In this document: in pieces, positions 30,765 through 41,309 of the stretch
How positions within the stretch are numbered: the stretch's first letter is position 1
Layout of the letters: every line of letters begins with the position of its first letter
Assembly: GCA_963798845.1 (NCBI GenBank)
Contig: CAWCUS010000006.1
Coordinates: 1,024,001-1,088,000, forward strand
Direction of reading: 5' to 3'
Length of the DNA stretch: 64,000 nucleotides
Origin: an uncultured Gemmatimonadales bacterium
GTDB taxonomy: Bacteria > Gemmatimonadota > Gemmatimonadetes > Longimicrobiales > RSA9
Translations under genes and position numbers: made by a program
Notes under the pieces: model-generated
Told to the model about the DNA's origin: nothing
Seen by the model: only the letters and a program-made list of their open reading frames with translations
Database searches by the model: none

Positions 30765-33185
30765 CTAGCGTTGACGGGCTGCCCGTTTCTCGGAGCGGTG
30801 GGACCGGTCCGTCTCCTTCCGTGAGCGGGCCTCGCCGCTTTCCGCCAGCTCCGGCTTGCCGAGCAGCGCGATGTCGAACACCTGTTCCATGGTATCGACA
30901 AAATGGAAATCGGTGCGCTTGCGGGCCTCGTCCGGTACCTCCCGCAGGTCGCGCTCGTTGCCGGTCGGGAGGATGACCCGTCGGATGCCGGCGCGGTAGG
31001 CGGCGAGGACCTTCTCCTTGATGCCGCCCACTTCCAGCACCTTGCCGCGCAGCGTCACCTCACCGGTCATGGCGACATCGTGGCGGACGGGCATGCCGGC
31101 GAGCGCCGAGGCGATGGCGAGTGTGACCGCGATGCCGGCGGACGGGCCGTCCTTGGGCACGGCGCCCACCGGGAAGTGGACGTGCACGTCGATCTCTCCG
31201 AAGTCCTGGTCGGGGATGCCGAGGGTGGAGGCTCGGCTCCGTACGTAGGAGTAAGCCGCGTTCACGGACTCGCGCATGACGTCGCCGAGATAGCCGGTGA
31301 TGATGAGCCGACCCGACCCGGCCATCTGGAGCGCCTCAATGAAGAGGAGCTCGCCGCCGGCGGCAGTCCACGCCAGGCCGGTGACCACGCCCACTTCGGG
31401 GGCGCTTTCGGCTGGAGTGGCGACGTAGCGGACGGGGCCGAGGATCTCCTCGATGCGGTCGTCGTCGTAGACCCAGACGCCCTCGTCGCCCGCCGCCTTG
31501 GCCCGGGCGCGGGTGCGCAGCAGGGTAGCCAGCGTGCGGCGGGTGCGCTCCATGCCGGAGTCGCGGGCGTAGCCGCGAATGAGGTCGAATAGCGCGGTGT
31601 CGGAGAACACCACGTCGTCGTTGTCGAGGCCGTGCTCGCTGTACATGATCGGCAGCAGCTTCTCGCGGGCGATCGCCACCTTCTCCTCGGGCGTGTAGCC
31701 GGCCAGCCGGATCTCGACGAGCTTCTCACGCAGCTCCCGCGGGATGCGCTGGAAGTCCTGGGCAATGGCCACGATGATGGCGCGGGAAAGGTCCAGCTCC
31801 ACGTCCAGGTAGCGGTCCACGAAGGCGCAGCGGGTCTCCCACGTGAGCGCCTCCTCGAGCGCGGCGACGGGATCGCCGTCCACCTTGCCGAGCCCGACCT
31901 GGTCGATCTCGTCCAGCACCAGCACCGGGTCGCAAACGCCCAGGTCGCGGAGCGCTCCCGCGAGCTTCCCCGGGCCGGCATCGCGGTGCGTCCGGCGCGC
32001 GCCGACGATCTCCGCCTCGCCGCGTCCACCCAGGTCGATGTGGGCCAGCGGGCGCTCCAGTCCCGCGGCCATGGCCGCCACCAGGGCGCTCTTGCCCACG
32101 TCGGGCGGCCCGACGATGCACGGAATCGGCCCCCGCAGGTCGCCCCGGAGCCTCGCCACGGCCAGGTCGTCCAGAAGCCGCTCCTTGGGCTCCTCGAGCC
32201 CGAGGAGCCGGTCGTCCAGGGCGGAGCGTACGGCCTCCAGCTCGATGCGCGATGGACCGTCGGTGGAGCACTCGTCCCATGGCATGTGCAGCAGCCAGTC
32301 CACGTAGGCGCGGACCTCGTCCGATTCCCGGCTGGACGACCCCGCGGTGCGGAGTCGCTCCACCTCGTGGCGCGCGCGGCTGGCCACTCGCGCGGGAAGG
32401 TGAGACGCCTCGATGCGCTGGAGCAGCTGCACCGTCTCGCGCTCCGCCGGGTCGATGCGCCCAAGCTGCGCTTCGAGCCGCTTGATCCGACGACGCAGGT
32501 CGGCCGCCCGCTCCCGCGGCTTCCGCTCCACTTCCTCGTCCGACTCCGCGGGCTCCGAGACGCCGACCTTGCCCACGGCGTACTCGAGCTCACGGAGCAC
32601 GAACCGCAGCCGCGAGTGGACGTTCAGCCGCTGCAGCACTTCGTCCTTTCCCGCCACGGTGAAGTGGGCCAGGGTGGCCACGAGGTCGGCGAAGCGACCG
32701 GGCTTGCCCACGTTCATGCGCAGCACCGCCGGCACTTCCTCCGAGATCCGGTCGATCTCCGCCGCGAGGGTGTCCAGTGCGGTGAGGATGCGGGTGATGA
32801 CTTCCTCCGCTTCCCCGGCGGCTGGCTCGGTCTCCCGGGCCTTCTCCACCGCGGCCATGAAGTAGCCGTCGCGGCGGTCGATGGTGCGGATGCGTACCCG
32901 CCGCACGCCCTGGACCGTGGCCTGCACGGACCCGCCCGGCATGTACAGCCGGTCGGTGAGACGGGAGTGGACGCCGATCTTCATCAGCTTGGCGCGATCC
33001 ACTGCGTCGTCGGCGCCGCCGGGGTCCACGACGGTGACGACCTCGAGCGCATCATCCGGATGCGCCTCCAGCATCGCCAGGGTCTCTTCCATCCCGATCT
33101 GGACGGACATCGCCGCCGACGGGTAGACCACGGTGCTTCGGAGAGGCATCAACGGCAGCGTCTCGGTCCTCTTCTTCTGCGCCAT
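30765..33185 (-). CDS. lon: Lon protease paralog (LonA architecture, divergent AAA+ module)
   Basis: LON N-domain, [13 protein letters not shown], protease PKDGPSAG and GGIKEK. Confidence 0.88.
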   Translation of the reverse strand: MAQKKRTETLPLMPLRSTVVYPSAAMSVQIGMEETLAMLEAHPDDALEVVTVVDPGGADDAVDRAKLMKIGVHSRLTDRLYMPGGSVQATVQGVRRVRIRTIDRRDGYFMAAVEKARETEPAAGEAEEVITRILTALDTLAAEIDRISEEVPAVLRMNVGKPGRFADLVATLAHFTVAGKDEVLQRLNVHSRLRFVLRELEYAVGKVGVSEPAESDEEVERKPRERAADLRRRIKRLEAQLGRIDPAERETVQLLQRIEASHLPARVASRARHEVERLRTAGSSSRESDEVRAYVDWLLHMPWDECSTDGPSRIELEAVRSALDDRLLGLEEPKERLLDDLAVARLRGDLRGPIPCIVGPPDVGKSALVAAMAAGLERPLAHIDLGGRGEAEIVGARRTHRDAGPGKLAGALRDLGVCDPVLVLDEIDQVGLGKVDGDPVAALEEALTWETRCAFVDRYLDVELDLSRAIIVAIAQDFQRIPRELREKLVEIRLAGYTPEEKVAIAREKLLPIMYSEHGLDNDDVVFSDTALFDLIRGYARDSGMERTRRTLATLLRTRARAKAAGDEGVWVYDDDRIEEILGPVRYVATPAESAPEVGVVTGLAWTAAGGELLFIEALQMAGSGRLIITGYLGDVMRESVNAAYSYVRSRASTLGIPDQDFGEIDVHVHFPVGAVPKDGPSAGIAVTLAIASALAGMPVRHDVAMTGEVTLRGKVLEVGGIKEKVLAAYRAGIRRVILPTGNERDLREVPDEARKRTDFHFVDTMEQVFDIALLGKPELAESGEARSRKETDRSHRSEKRAARQR

Positions 33186-33351
33186 GGATTCGCGGTTGGA
33201 AGGCGGGAGTTCGGGCCGCCCCGAGCGGTTGCACGTTCGGGACCGCGAGGGCCCGGAGCGGACAACACGATGAGGCGATAGGACGATAAGGCGCGGAGGG
33301 GGTGAGGCGATAGGGGGCAGGCGGTCGGGGCAGGCGGTCGGGGCAGGCAGG

Positions 33352-34167
33352 TCAGAGGTGGAGGAGGGCGGCGGCGTTGTCGTGGAGGATGAGTCGCTCT
33401 GCCCGCGCGTCGAGGCCGAGGCGGCGGATGACGGCGACGTTGTGCTCCACGCTCTTCGGCATGGCTGGCCAGTCGCTTCCGAAGATGACCCGGGCCGCCA
33501 TTGACGCGAGACCCGGGAAGTGCTCCGGGAGACGGGCGGGGACGAGGCCGGTGACGTCGATGTAGACGCGCTCGTGCTCGCCCACGAGCCGGGCGCACTC
33601 GTCGTACCAGTGGCCGCGGCCGCCGTGCGCCATGACGATCGGAAGCTGCGGGAAGTCGCGGGCCACCGGCTCCAGGTGTACAGGGTTGCAGAACTCGAGC
33701 TCGGTGCCGGGGATCACCGAGCTGCCCACGTGGAGGAGGAGCGGGATCCCGGCCTCGGCGCAGGCTTCGTAAATCGGGTACACGCGTCGCTCGTCCGGGC
33801 GAAAGAACTGGTAGGAAGGGTACAGCTTCAGTCCCCGCGCCCCGGCGGCGATGTAGACGCGCAGGAGCGCGGCGGGGTCCGGATCCAGGTTCGGGTTCAC
33901 GCACGCGAACGGCACGTAGAAGTCCGGCGCGGCGGCGGCGAACCGGAGGACGGTCTCGGTGCGCACGTCGCCGGACGTCTCGCGGCAGTGCTCCGGGAGA
34001 ACCACGGCTCGTTGGACGCCCTGCGAGCGGAGCACCATGGCGGCGAAGGAAGGGTCGGACAGCCGCTCCCCGTGCTCGGCCACGGCGGGGGAGGTGTGGC
34101 GGATGAAGGCCTCCGTCGCCGGGTTCAGGAAGCGTGGGAGCCACGGGTGGGTGTGGAAGTCGATCAA
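33352..34167 (-). CDS. amidohydrolase_2 family protein
   Basis: IDFHTH, GLKLYP, LLHVG, MAHGG, IFGSDWP. Confidence 0.88.
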   Translation of the reverse strand: MIDFHTHPWLPRFLNPATEAFIRHTSPAVAEHGERLSDPSFAAMVLRSQGVQRAVVLPEHCRETSGDVRTETVLRFAAAAPDFYVPFACVNPNLDPDPAALLRVYIAAGARGLKLYPSYQFFRPDERRVYPIYEACAEAGIPLLLHVGSSVIPGTELEFCNPVHLEPVARDFPQLPIVMAHGGRGHWYDECARLVGEHERVYIDVTGLVPARLPEHFPGLASMAARVIFGSDWPAMPKSVEHNVAVIRRLGLDARAERLILHDNAAALLHL

Positions 34168-34182
34168 GGCGCCAGCGCGGGC

Positions 34183-34611
34183 TCAGGCGAGCCGGGCGGA
34201 GTCGATGCCTCGGCCGCGGACGCGCTCGAGCTCGTGGTCGAGGGCCCTGAAGTAGCGGCGGAGGCGGCGAGCGCTGGCGCCCAGGTCGGCGCGGCCGCTC
34301 TCGGCGGCGGCGAGGGCATCGACACGGGTCTGGGCGTCCATGTCCAGCGTGATGCGGATGGTCACGGTGCTGTCGAAGCGGCTCAGGCGGCCGTGGACGC
34401 GGCCACGGATGATGCCATCCTCATCGTCCGATTGCACGAGCTTCCAGCCGCGCAGACCGCCGGCCACCAGGGTCATGGACGCGCGCCAGACCGCTTCGAA
34501 CGGGATGGCGTAGGTGCGGCCGCGCAGGTGCGGCTCTTCGGAGGTGGGGTCTGTGAAGGCCACGTTTCGGGTCATGTCGACCCATAGCGAGTGGAGGGAC
34601 CCGGGCTTCAC
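34183..34611 (-). CDS. DUF1499-like hypothetical protein
   Basis: HLRGRTY..DEDGII..RVDA..RADLGASARRLRRY; start 34611 (GTG) or 34575. Confidence 0.65.
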   Translation of the reverse strand: MKPGSLHSLWVDMTRNVAFTDPTSEEPHLRGRTYAIPFEAVWRASMTLVAGGLRGWKLVQSDDEDGIIRGRVHGRLSRFDSTVTIRITLDMDAQTRVDALAAAESGRADLGASARRLRRYFRALDHELERVRGRGIDSARLA

Positions 34612-35345
34612 GTCCCTAGGCGGAAGCGGATGCTCACGCTGGCCTGGATCTCCATCTCCCCCGGCTGCACCGGCGGCGCGAACTTGCCCGCGGCGTTCAT
34701 CCGGGCCGCCTCCATGGGCATGGGCATGGCCGGCGGCGAGAATCCGCCGGTGGACACCTCGATCGGCGGTCCGAGCGTCTCGTCGAGCGCGTCCGCGACG
34801 GTGCGGGCCTCATCTTTCGCACGGGCGATGGCGGCGCGCAGCGCCTCCTGGTACGCCGAATCGGCGTCGGACACTTCGAAGCGGATCCCGGTGACACGGT
34901 TCGCGCCCGCGGAGACGGCGGCGTCGATGAGCGGGCCCAGCCGGGCGAGGTCGTCCAGGCGAACGCTCACCTGGTTCGTGGCCTGGTAGCCGGTGATGGT
35001 CGGTTCGCTCGCCTGCGGCCGGTTGTCGTAGCGCGGCGCGAGCTCCACGCGCCGGGTGCGGATGGCCCGCTCGGGTACTCCCAGGTCGCGAACGGCGGCC
35101 AGCACCGCCTGCATGGCCCGGGAGTTTTCGTCCGTGGCGTCGCGCGCGGTGCGTGCGGTCGTCTCCACGGCGAGATCCACGGCGGCGCGGTCGGGCACGC
35201 GGGTCACGGATGCCTGGGCGTTGACCTGGACGGCCCGCGGGGCGGCGGCCGCCCCCCCGGGGGCTTCCTGCGCCGAGCCGGGCGTGGGGAGCGAAGTGCA
35301 GCCGGCGAGGGCGGTAGCGACGATAATCGTGACAGTTCTCATCAT
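34608..35345 (-). CDS. SIMPL (DUF541) domain lipoprotein
   Basis: Lipobox LAGC, VPDRA, GYQATNQV, GAN, PVQPG. Confidence 0.88.
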   Translation of the reverse strand: MMRTVTIIVATALAGCTSLPTPGSAQEAPGGAAAAPRAVQVNAQASVTRVPDRAAVDLAVETTARTARDATDENSRAMQAVLAAVRDLGVPERAIRTRRVELAPRYDNRPQASEPTITGYQATNQVSVRLDDLARLGPLIDAAVSAGANRVTGIRFEVSDADSAYQEALRAAIARAKDEARTVADALDETLGPPIEVSTGGFSPPAMPMPMEAARMNAAGKFAPPVQPGEMEIQASVSIRFRLGT

Positions 35346-35391
35346 GGCGAAGAAGATAGAAGCGAGGCCTGGCGCGCGCGAGGATCCTGCG

Positions 35392-35421
35392 TTGACGCTT
35401 CCGGCATGCCGCGGGTATTCT
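35392..35421 (+). promoter_or_regulatory. sigma70-like promoter
   Basis: TTGACG-18 nt-TATTCT upstream of the nucleotidyltransferase. Confidence 0.5.
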
Positions 35422-35491
35422 GGCGCGCGGGGGTACCGTGCTTGCGTGCCGCGCAACCACCGTACCGGAAGAACCCGAGAGAGGAGAACAG

Positions 35492-36481
35492 GTGAAGGTC
35501 GTCATTCCGTTGGCAGGCAGGGGGACTCGCCTGCGTCCGCACACGTATGCCACGCCGAAGCCTCTCGTCCGGGTCGGGGGACGGCCGGTGATGAGCTACA
35601 TCCTGGATGACCTGAAGGCGCTCGGCGTGGAGGAGATCGTCTTCATCACCGGCTACCTCAAGGAGCACATCGAGGCGTACATCGGCGAGGAATACCCGGA
35701 GTTCACGGCCCACTACGTCGAGCAGAAGGTGCAGGACGGGACCGCGGGCGCCGTCAAGCTGGCGGAGCCATACGTCGACGAGGACGTGCTCATCATCTTC
35801 GTGGACACGCTGTTCGACGCCGACCTGACCATCATCCGCGATTTGCCGGAGGACGAGGCCGGCGTGATCTGGGCGAAGGAAGTGGAGGACTACCAGCGCT
35901 TCGGGGTCATCGTGACGGACGGGGACGGGTACATGAAGCGGATCATCGAAAAGCCGAAGGATCCCGTCTCGAAGCTGGCCAACATCGGCCTCTACTACAT
36001 CCGTGACTGGCAGCTGCTTTTCGAGGGCGTACGGGACACGCTCAAGCACACCCTCGGCCCGGGCGGGGAGTACTTCCTGACCGACGCGTTCCAGTACATG
36101 ATCGACAACGGCGCCAAGATCCGCACCGCCGAAGTGGAGGGGTGGTACGACTGCGGAAAGCCGGACACCCTCATCCAGACCAACCGCCACCTGCTCGAGA
36201 CCAGCCGCGGCCGTTCGCCCGTGGGCGCGGTGTCCACGAAGGTGGAGGGGCCGGTGCGCGTGGAGGAGGGCGTGGCGCTGAGGCACTCCCGGATCGGGCC
36301 GAACGTCACCCTCGAGGAAGGAGCGCGGATCTCGAGCTCCACGCTACGCGATTGCATCATCGGGAAGGACGCGGTCGTGGAGCAGTGCGAGCTGCACGAC
36401 AGCATCGTGGGCGACCGCGCGGTGGTGCACGGCGTGACCGGGAGCGTCAACGTCGCGCCCGACTCCGACATCCGGGCGTAG
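35492..36481 (+). CDS. sugar-1-phosphate nucleotidyltransferase
   Basis: LAGRGTRLRPHTYATPKPL, EKP, C-terminal hexapeptide repeats; GTG after GAGGAG. Confidence 0.9.
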   Translation: MKVVIPLAGRGTRLRPHTYATPKPLVRVGGRPVMSYILDDLKALGVEEIVFITGYLKEHIEAYIGEEYPEFTAHYVEQKVQDGTAGAVKLAEPYVDEDVLIIFVDTLFDADLTIIRDLPEDEAGVIWAKEVEDYQRFGVIVTDGDGYMKRIIEKPKDPVSKLANIGLYYIRDWQLLFEGVRDTLKHTLGPGGEYFLTDAFQYMIDNGAKIRTAEVEGWYDCGKPDTLIQTNRHLLETSRGRSPVGAVSTKVEGPVRVEEGVALRHSRIGPNVTLEEGARISSSTLRDCIIGKDAVVEQCELHDSIVGDRAVVHGVTGSVNVAPDSDIRA

Positions 36482-36632
36482 AGATTCGCTCGCGGCCGGT
36501 GGCCGTCGGGGGGGCCTTTGACAGGGGGCCCGGACCGTCGACATCTTCCGCTTCCCAGCACCGCCCGCGAGCAGGCCCGCGCGTTGACGCCTAGATGCAG
36601 CAGCCTCCTCACCCCGAAGCCAAGGCATCTCC

Positions 36633-37883
36633 ATGGACGAGCGCGAACTCATCCACGACTGGAACACCGTCGGCGACGCGTTCGACTACCGTGGACTCCG
36701 ACCGGTCGAGCTGGATGACGAGACGCTCCGCGACGGGCTCCAGTCGCCTTCCGTCCGAGACCCCACCATCGAGGACAAGATCCGTATCCTCCACCTGATG
36801 GAGGCGGTGGGGATCCACTGCGCGGACATCGGGCTCCCCGGCGCCGGGCCACGGGCGGTGGCGGACGTGCGGGCGCTGGCGGCGGAAATCGCCGGCGCGG
36901 GCATGGCCATCCGCCCGAACTGCGCGGCGAGGACCGTGCGCGCCGACATCGAGCCGATCGCCCGCATCGTGCAGGAGACGGGAATCCCGATCGAGGCGTG
37001 CACGTTCATCGGCTCGTCTCCGATCCGGCAGTACGCCGAGGAGTGGACCCTCGACCGGATGCTGCGCGTGACGGAGGATGCGGTCCGCTACGCCGTGTCC
37101 GAGGGACTGTCGGTCATGTACGTCACGGAGGACACCACGCGGGCGAGGCCGGACACGCTGAAGGCGCTGTACCGCACCGCGATCGAGCACGGCGCCCGCC
37201 GCATCTGCCTGGCCGACACCGTGGGGCACGCCACGCCGAACGGCGTGCGCCAGCTGGTGCGCTTCGTCCGATCCGAGATCGTCGAGCCCAGCGGTGAAGA
37301 TGTGAAGGTGGACTTCCACGGCCACCGCGATCGCGGCCTGGGCGTGCCCAACGCCCTCGCGGCGATCGAGGAGGGGGTGGACCGGGTCCACGGCACCGCG
37401 CTCGGGGTCGGGGAGCGGGTGGGGAACACGGAGATGGACCTGCTGCTGGTCAACCTGAAGCTGCTCGGGCTGCACGACTACGACCTCTCGCGCCTGGGGG
37501 AGTACTGCGCGGCTGTCGCCGATGCCACGGGTGTTCCGCTCCCGGCCAACTACCCGGTGATCGGGGAGGACGCCTTCCGGACGGGCACCGGCGTTCACGC
37601 CGCGGCCATCATCAAGGCGCGCAAGAAGGGCGACGACTGGCTCGCCGACCGCGTCTACTCCGGTGTCCCGGCCGGCTTCTTCGGGCGGCACCAGCGGATC
37701 GAGATCAGCCACATGAGCGGGATGTCGAACGTGCGCTACTGGCTCGCGGAGCACGGCTACGACGCCGAGGACGAGGCGCTCTGCCGGCGTGTCTTCGAGC
37801 TGGCGAAGAGCGTAGGACACACGCTCTCGGCGGAGGAGGTGGCGGCGTGCTGCGGCGTGCCCGCCGTTGAAAGGGAGGCGTGA
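36633..37883 (+). CDS. 2-isopropylmalate/homocitrate synthase family (DRE-TIM), no regulatory domain
   Basis: DETLRDGLQ, LADTVG, HGHRDRG, GVGERVGN, GVH. Confidence 0.85.
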   Translation: MDERELIHDWNTVGDAFDYRGLRPVELDDETLRDGLQSPSVRDPTIEDKIRILHLMEAVGIHCADIGLPGAGPRAVADVRALAAEIAGAGMAIRPNCAARTVRADIEPIARIVQETGIPIEACTFIGSSPIRQYAEEWTLDRMLRVTEDAVRYAVSEGLSVMYVTEDTTRARPDTLKALYRTAIEHGARRICLADTVGHATPNGVRQLVRFVRSEIVEPSGEDVKVDFHGHRDRGLGVPNALAAIEEGVDRVHGTALGVGERVGNTEMDLLLVNLKLLGLHDYDLSRLGEYCAAVADATGVPLPANYPVIGEDAFRTGTGVHAAAIIKARKKGDDWLADRVYSGVPAGFFGRHQRIEISHMSGMSNVRYWLAEHGYDAEDEALCRRVFELAKSVGHTLSAEEVAACCGVPAVEREA

Positions 37884-38851
37884 TGCGGGCCATACGGGTG
37901 GAGGCGGTGGGTGGCCCGGAGGTGCTCGGAATCCAGGACATCGCGGTCCCGGAGCCGGGTCCGGGAGAGGCGCGCGTGCGGGTGCAGCTGGCCGGGGTCA
38001 ACTTCGTCGACGTCTACCACCGCACCGGCCTCTACCGCCGTGACCTGCCGTTCACTCCCGGACAGGAGGGGGCCGGCGTGGTGGACGCGGTCGGAGAGGG
38101 GGTGGGCGGCGTCGCCACGGGCGACCGCGTCGTCTGGGCCATGGCCGGAGGCTCGTACGCGGAAGCCGCGGTGGTGCCGGCGTGGAAGCTGGCGCGGGTG
38201 CCGGACGGAATGGCGATGGAGGACGCGGCCGCCGTGCTGCTCCAGGGGATGACCGCGCACTACCTGGTCAACAGCACCTACGCACTCGGGGAGGGGGACG
38301 TGGCAGTGGTCCACGCGGCCGCGGGCGGCGTGGGGCTCCTGCTGGTCCAGATGGCGAAGGAGAAGCGGGCCACCGTGATCGCCACGTGCTCGACCGAGGA
38401 GAAGGCGGCACGCGTCCTCGACCGCGGCGCCGATCATGTCGTGCGCTACACCGAAGAGCCGTTCCAGCCGGCGGTGATGCGGCTCACCCAGGGGCGCGGC
38501 GCGACCGTGGTCTACGACTCCGTCGGGCGCACGACGTTCCGCGACAGCTTGCGATCGCTGCGCCCCCGTGGCTACCTGGTCCTGTTCGGGCAGTCCAGCG
38601 GAAGGGTGGAGCCGCTGGACCCGGCCATGCTGGCTTCAGGAGGGTCGCTGTTCCTGACCCGCCCGGCGCTCGCGGACTACACGCGGGACAGCGCGGAGGT
38701 GAATTGGCGGGCTGGAGACGTGCTGGACGCGGTGGCGAGGGGCGCGCTGCGGGTCCGGATCGACGATGTCCTCCCCCTCGACGAGGCGGGGGCCGCCCAC
38801 CGGCGACTGGAGGCGAGGCAGACTTCAGGAAAGCTGCTGCTGCGCGTGTAG
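37880..38851 (+). CDS. qor: NADPH:quinone oxidoreductase
   Basis: GVNFVD, QGMTAHYL, HAAAGGVG, GSLFLTRP, SGKLLL. Confidence 0.9.
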   Translation: MMRAIRVEAVGGPEVLGIQDIAVPEPGPGEARVRVQLAGVNFVDVYHRTGLYRRDLPFTPGQEGAGVVDAVGEGVGGVATGDRVVWAMAGGSYAEAAVVPAWKLARVPDGMAMEDAAAVLLQGMTAHYLVNSTYALGEGDVAVVHAAAGGVGLLLVQMAKEKRATVIATCSTEEKAARVLDRGADHVVRYTEEPFQPAVMRLTQGRGATVVYDSVGRTTFRDSLRSLRPRGYLVLFGQSSGRVEPLDPAMLASGGSLFLTRPALADYTRDSAEVNWRAGDVLDAVARGALRVRIDDVLPLDEAGAAHRRLEARQTSGKLLLRV

Positions 38852-38927
38852 CCACGGCGATAGGTCGCATCCCGCCGCGGCGCGAGGGTCACGTCTCCGC
38901 GATCGGGCGGGTGGCGGGAGGGCTGCG

Positions 38928-39443
38928 CTATCCGCCGTGCGACGCCGAGGCCGCCGCGCCCCCGTGCGCCTGACCGCCCTCACCGTTCATGGCAGCGCTG
39001 TCCTCGCGTGCGCCAGTGCCGACCCCTCTCGTCCCCGCGCTGTCCTCCCGCTCCAGGCGCCGCGCCCGCGCCGCGGCTTCCCGCTGCTGCAGCAGCCGCT
39101 CGTAATCGGCGCGTTGAGCTGGCGTCAGTACATCCATGATCTCTGCGCGCGCTGAGTCGGAGATGGCGTCGAGCCGGGGCGCTGCCTCCTGCCAGAGCGC
39201 CCTCATGCGGGTGGCCCTGCGGTCGAGGATGGCGTCGATGGCCTGGTGCTGCTCGGCAGACAGGTCGACCTGGTCGATGACGTAGCGGCGGTGCCCGTCG
39301 TCACGGCGACCGGCCCGTCCGACGCCGTCCGGCGACATGGCGAAGCGATCGATCGCCGCGCCCGCCAGGAGGCCGGTGACGAAGACCACGAGGAGGAGGC
39401 CGAGACCGACCAGTCGTCGGCTGCGCGCCGGGTCGCCGTTCAC
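38928..39443 (-). CDS. membrane-anchored periplasmic Spy/CpxP-like protein
   Basis: TM followed by helical LSAEQ and LTPAQ motifs; third gene of the ECF cassette. Confidence 0.7.
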   Translation of the reverse strand: MNGDPARSRRLVGLGLLLVVFVTGLLAGAAIDRFAMSPDGVGRAGRRDDGHRRYVIDQVDLSAEQHQAIDAILDRRATRMRALWQEAAPRLDAISDSARAEIMDVLTPAQRADYERLLQQREAAARARRLEREDSAGTRGVGTGAREDSAAMNGEGGQAHGGAAASASHGG

Positions 39444-39796
39444 GGGCGGCGCTCCATGGCCAGGACGAGATCGGCACGCGTGGGAGCGCGACCCTCGGAC
39501 AGCCAGTCCGCCGCGGGGGCCGGGACGCCGAGCGCTTCGGCCACCGAGCCCAACGTCGGCTCGGCCGCACGACCGGCCATCTGGAACATGGCGCCGGCCG
39601 CCATGGCGGCCACGATCGCGGCGGCGGCGAGGGCGGGGCGGGCCCAGCCGGCAACGGCGGCCAGCGGCGTGTTGGAGGCCGCGCGGCGGGCGAGCTCGGG
39701 GGCGGCCACATCCAGGATGCGTTGGACGAGCCGCTCGTAGCCGAGCTGATCCCGCGTGGGATCGAGCGACGACAGGTCGAGCCGTTGCGGTTCCAT
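39440..39796 (-). CDS. putative single-TM anti-sigma factor
   Basis: Small TM protein immediately downstream of the ECF sigma. Confidence 0.6.
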   Translation of the reverse strand: MEPQRLDLSSLDPTRDQLGYERLVQRILDVAAPELARRAASNTPLAAVAGWARPALAAAAIVAAMAAGAMFQMAGRAAEPTLGSVAEALGVPAPAADWLSEGRAPTRADLVLAMERRP

Positions 39797-39800
39797 ACCT

Positions 39801-40349
39801 CTAGTCCTCCATCGAGCGTCGAAGCGCTTCGTTGTCTCTCAACGTGCGGCGCGCGTGAAACAGGTGCGCGCGCACGGTCCCCTCCGGCAGCTCCAGGAGA
39901 TCACCGATCTCCCGGTGCTTCCACCCCTCCAGGTCGTGCAGCAGCACCACCTGGCGCTGGACCTCCGTCAGCTCGGCCAGCGCCGTGAGGAGGTCGCCCC
40001 GGAGCTGCGACCGCTCCGTCTCCCGTTCCGGCCCGGGGTCCCGAGACGACGGCGACACCGCCTCCAGCGGCGCCGCCTCGCGCACGCCCAGGTAACGGCG
40101 AACGCTGTGCGCTCGGTTGCGGACGATGCGCAGCAGCCAGGACGAGAACCGGTCCGGGTCGCGGCAGTCCTCCAGGCGCTCCAGCGCACGAATGAACGCG
40201 TCCTGCACCACGTCCTCCGCGTCGGCCGGCTCCTTCACCACCGCCAGCGCCACCGCGTGGGCCGTGCGGGCGTACTGCCGCACCAGCGCCTCGAACGCGA
40301 CGCCATCACCCCGGAGGGTGCGGGCCACCAGCTCCGCATCCCCCGTCAT
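39801..40349 (-). CDS. ECF RNA polymerase sigma factor
   Basis: DAEDVVQDAF, FSSWLLRIVRN, EIG..LPEGTVRAHLFHAR; ATG at 40349. Confidence 0.92.
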   Translation of the reverse strand: MTGDAELVARTLRGDGVAFEALVRQYARTAHAVALAVVKEPADAEDVVQDAFIRALERLEDCRDPDRFSSWLLRIVRNRAHSVRRYLGVREAAPLEAVSPSSRDPGPERETERSQLRGDLLTALAELTEVQRQVVLLHDLEGWKHREIGDLLELPEGTVRAHLFHARRTLRDNEALRRSMED

Positions 40350-40489
40350 GCCTTCACGACGCACGGGGGACACAGAACGTTGCGGCCGGAGTGGCACCCG
40401 GGCGGGATCAGGAGCAGGTCGTGAAGGCTGCGCATAGCAGTGGTGAATGTAACGGAGTCGCCAGAGTTCTGGTCTCCAAGCCAGGCAGC

Positions 40490-41197
40490 TCAGAAGTCGT
40501 TGGCGTAGCTGATGAACTCGTAGAGGCCACCGCGCTCGATGATCGTGCCGAAGAGACGCAGCTCCTGCGGCTCCCCACCATCTGCCGCGATGGTGACGAC
40601 GCACCCGGTCCACAGCCGGTTGTCCCCCTCGATCCCGGGCTCGGGATCACAGCGATAGCCGCGGAAGTCGAGCTTCCGGCCACCGAGCTCGCGCAGCGCG
40701 CGCAGCACGCCCTTTCGATTGCTCTCCCGCGTCTGCATCCAGGCGAGGCCGGGCGGCAGCTCGTAGGGCGGTCGGGCGAGGGTGGCGTACGGGTAGTAGA
40801 GCCACGCGAACTCGGCCCGGTCCAGCGCCATGGCCTCGAACGCCATCGTGTCGCTGGATTCGAGGGCGTCGATGACGCGTGACACCAGCGTGTCCCGGTC
40901 CGTGATGGTGCTGTGGAGCGAAGACGGGCGCGCGAGGCCCTGCCGGAAGCGCTCGAACGCCACGTCCATCGGCACGACGCTGTCCACCACGGCCACAGGC
41001 GCGGCGTCGGCCGCGGCCTCGTGCTCGCCGGTGTCGCCGCAGCCAGAGGCGGCGAACGGGAGGGCGGCCATGGCGGTCGCCGTGGCCAGCCGGAGAGCGC
41101 GGGTCCGCGGCGGCGTGGCGCGGCGGCAGGCGCGAGTCGGCCTGCGCCCCGGTGCCGCCAAGGCTGGCGGTCGCGAGTTCGGTGTGGTGATGCTCAT
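40490..41197 (-). CDS. hypothetical lipoprotein
   Basis: Hydrophobic stretch ending ASGC; start position uncertain. Confidence 0.65.
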   Translation of the reverse strand: MSITTPNSRPPALAAPGRRPTRACRRATPPRTRALRLATATAMAALPFAASGCGDTGEHEAAADAAPVAVVDSVVPMDVAFERFRQGLARPSSLHSTITDRDTLVSRVIDALESSDTMAFEAMALDRAEFAWLYYPYATLARPPYELPPGLAWMQTRESNRKGVLRALRELGGRKLDFRGYRCDPEPGIEGDNRLWTGCVVTIAADGGEPQELRLFGTIIERGGLYEFISYANDF

Positions 41198-41309
41198 GAT
41201 CGTGGTTCGTGGACCGGCAAGATCGTGCGTCGAGGCCGACGCAGGCAAGCCGAGCGGCCGGAGCCTGGATGGCCCCGGCCGCCGTAGTCGGCCTGTCCTG
41301 CGGGAAGGG

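Noticed and set aside
33268..33353. Short tandem repeats (GGGGCAGGCGGTC x3; GAGGCGATAGG x2)
   Set aside because: Low-complexity intergenic slippage with no further structure
36633..37883. Assigning the leuA symbol
   Set aside because: No regulatory domain and no leuBCD neighbours; substrate cannot be determined from sequence alone
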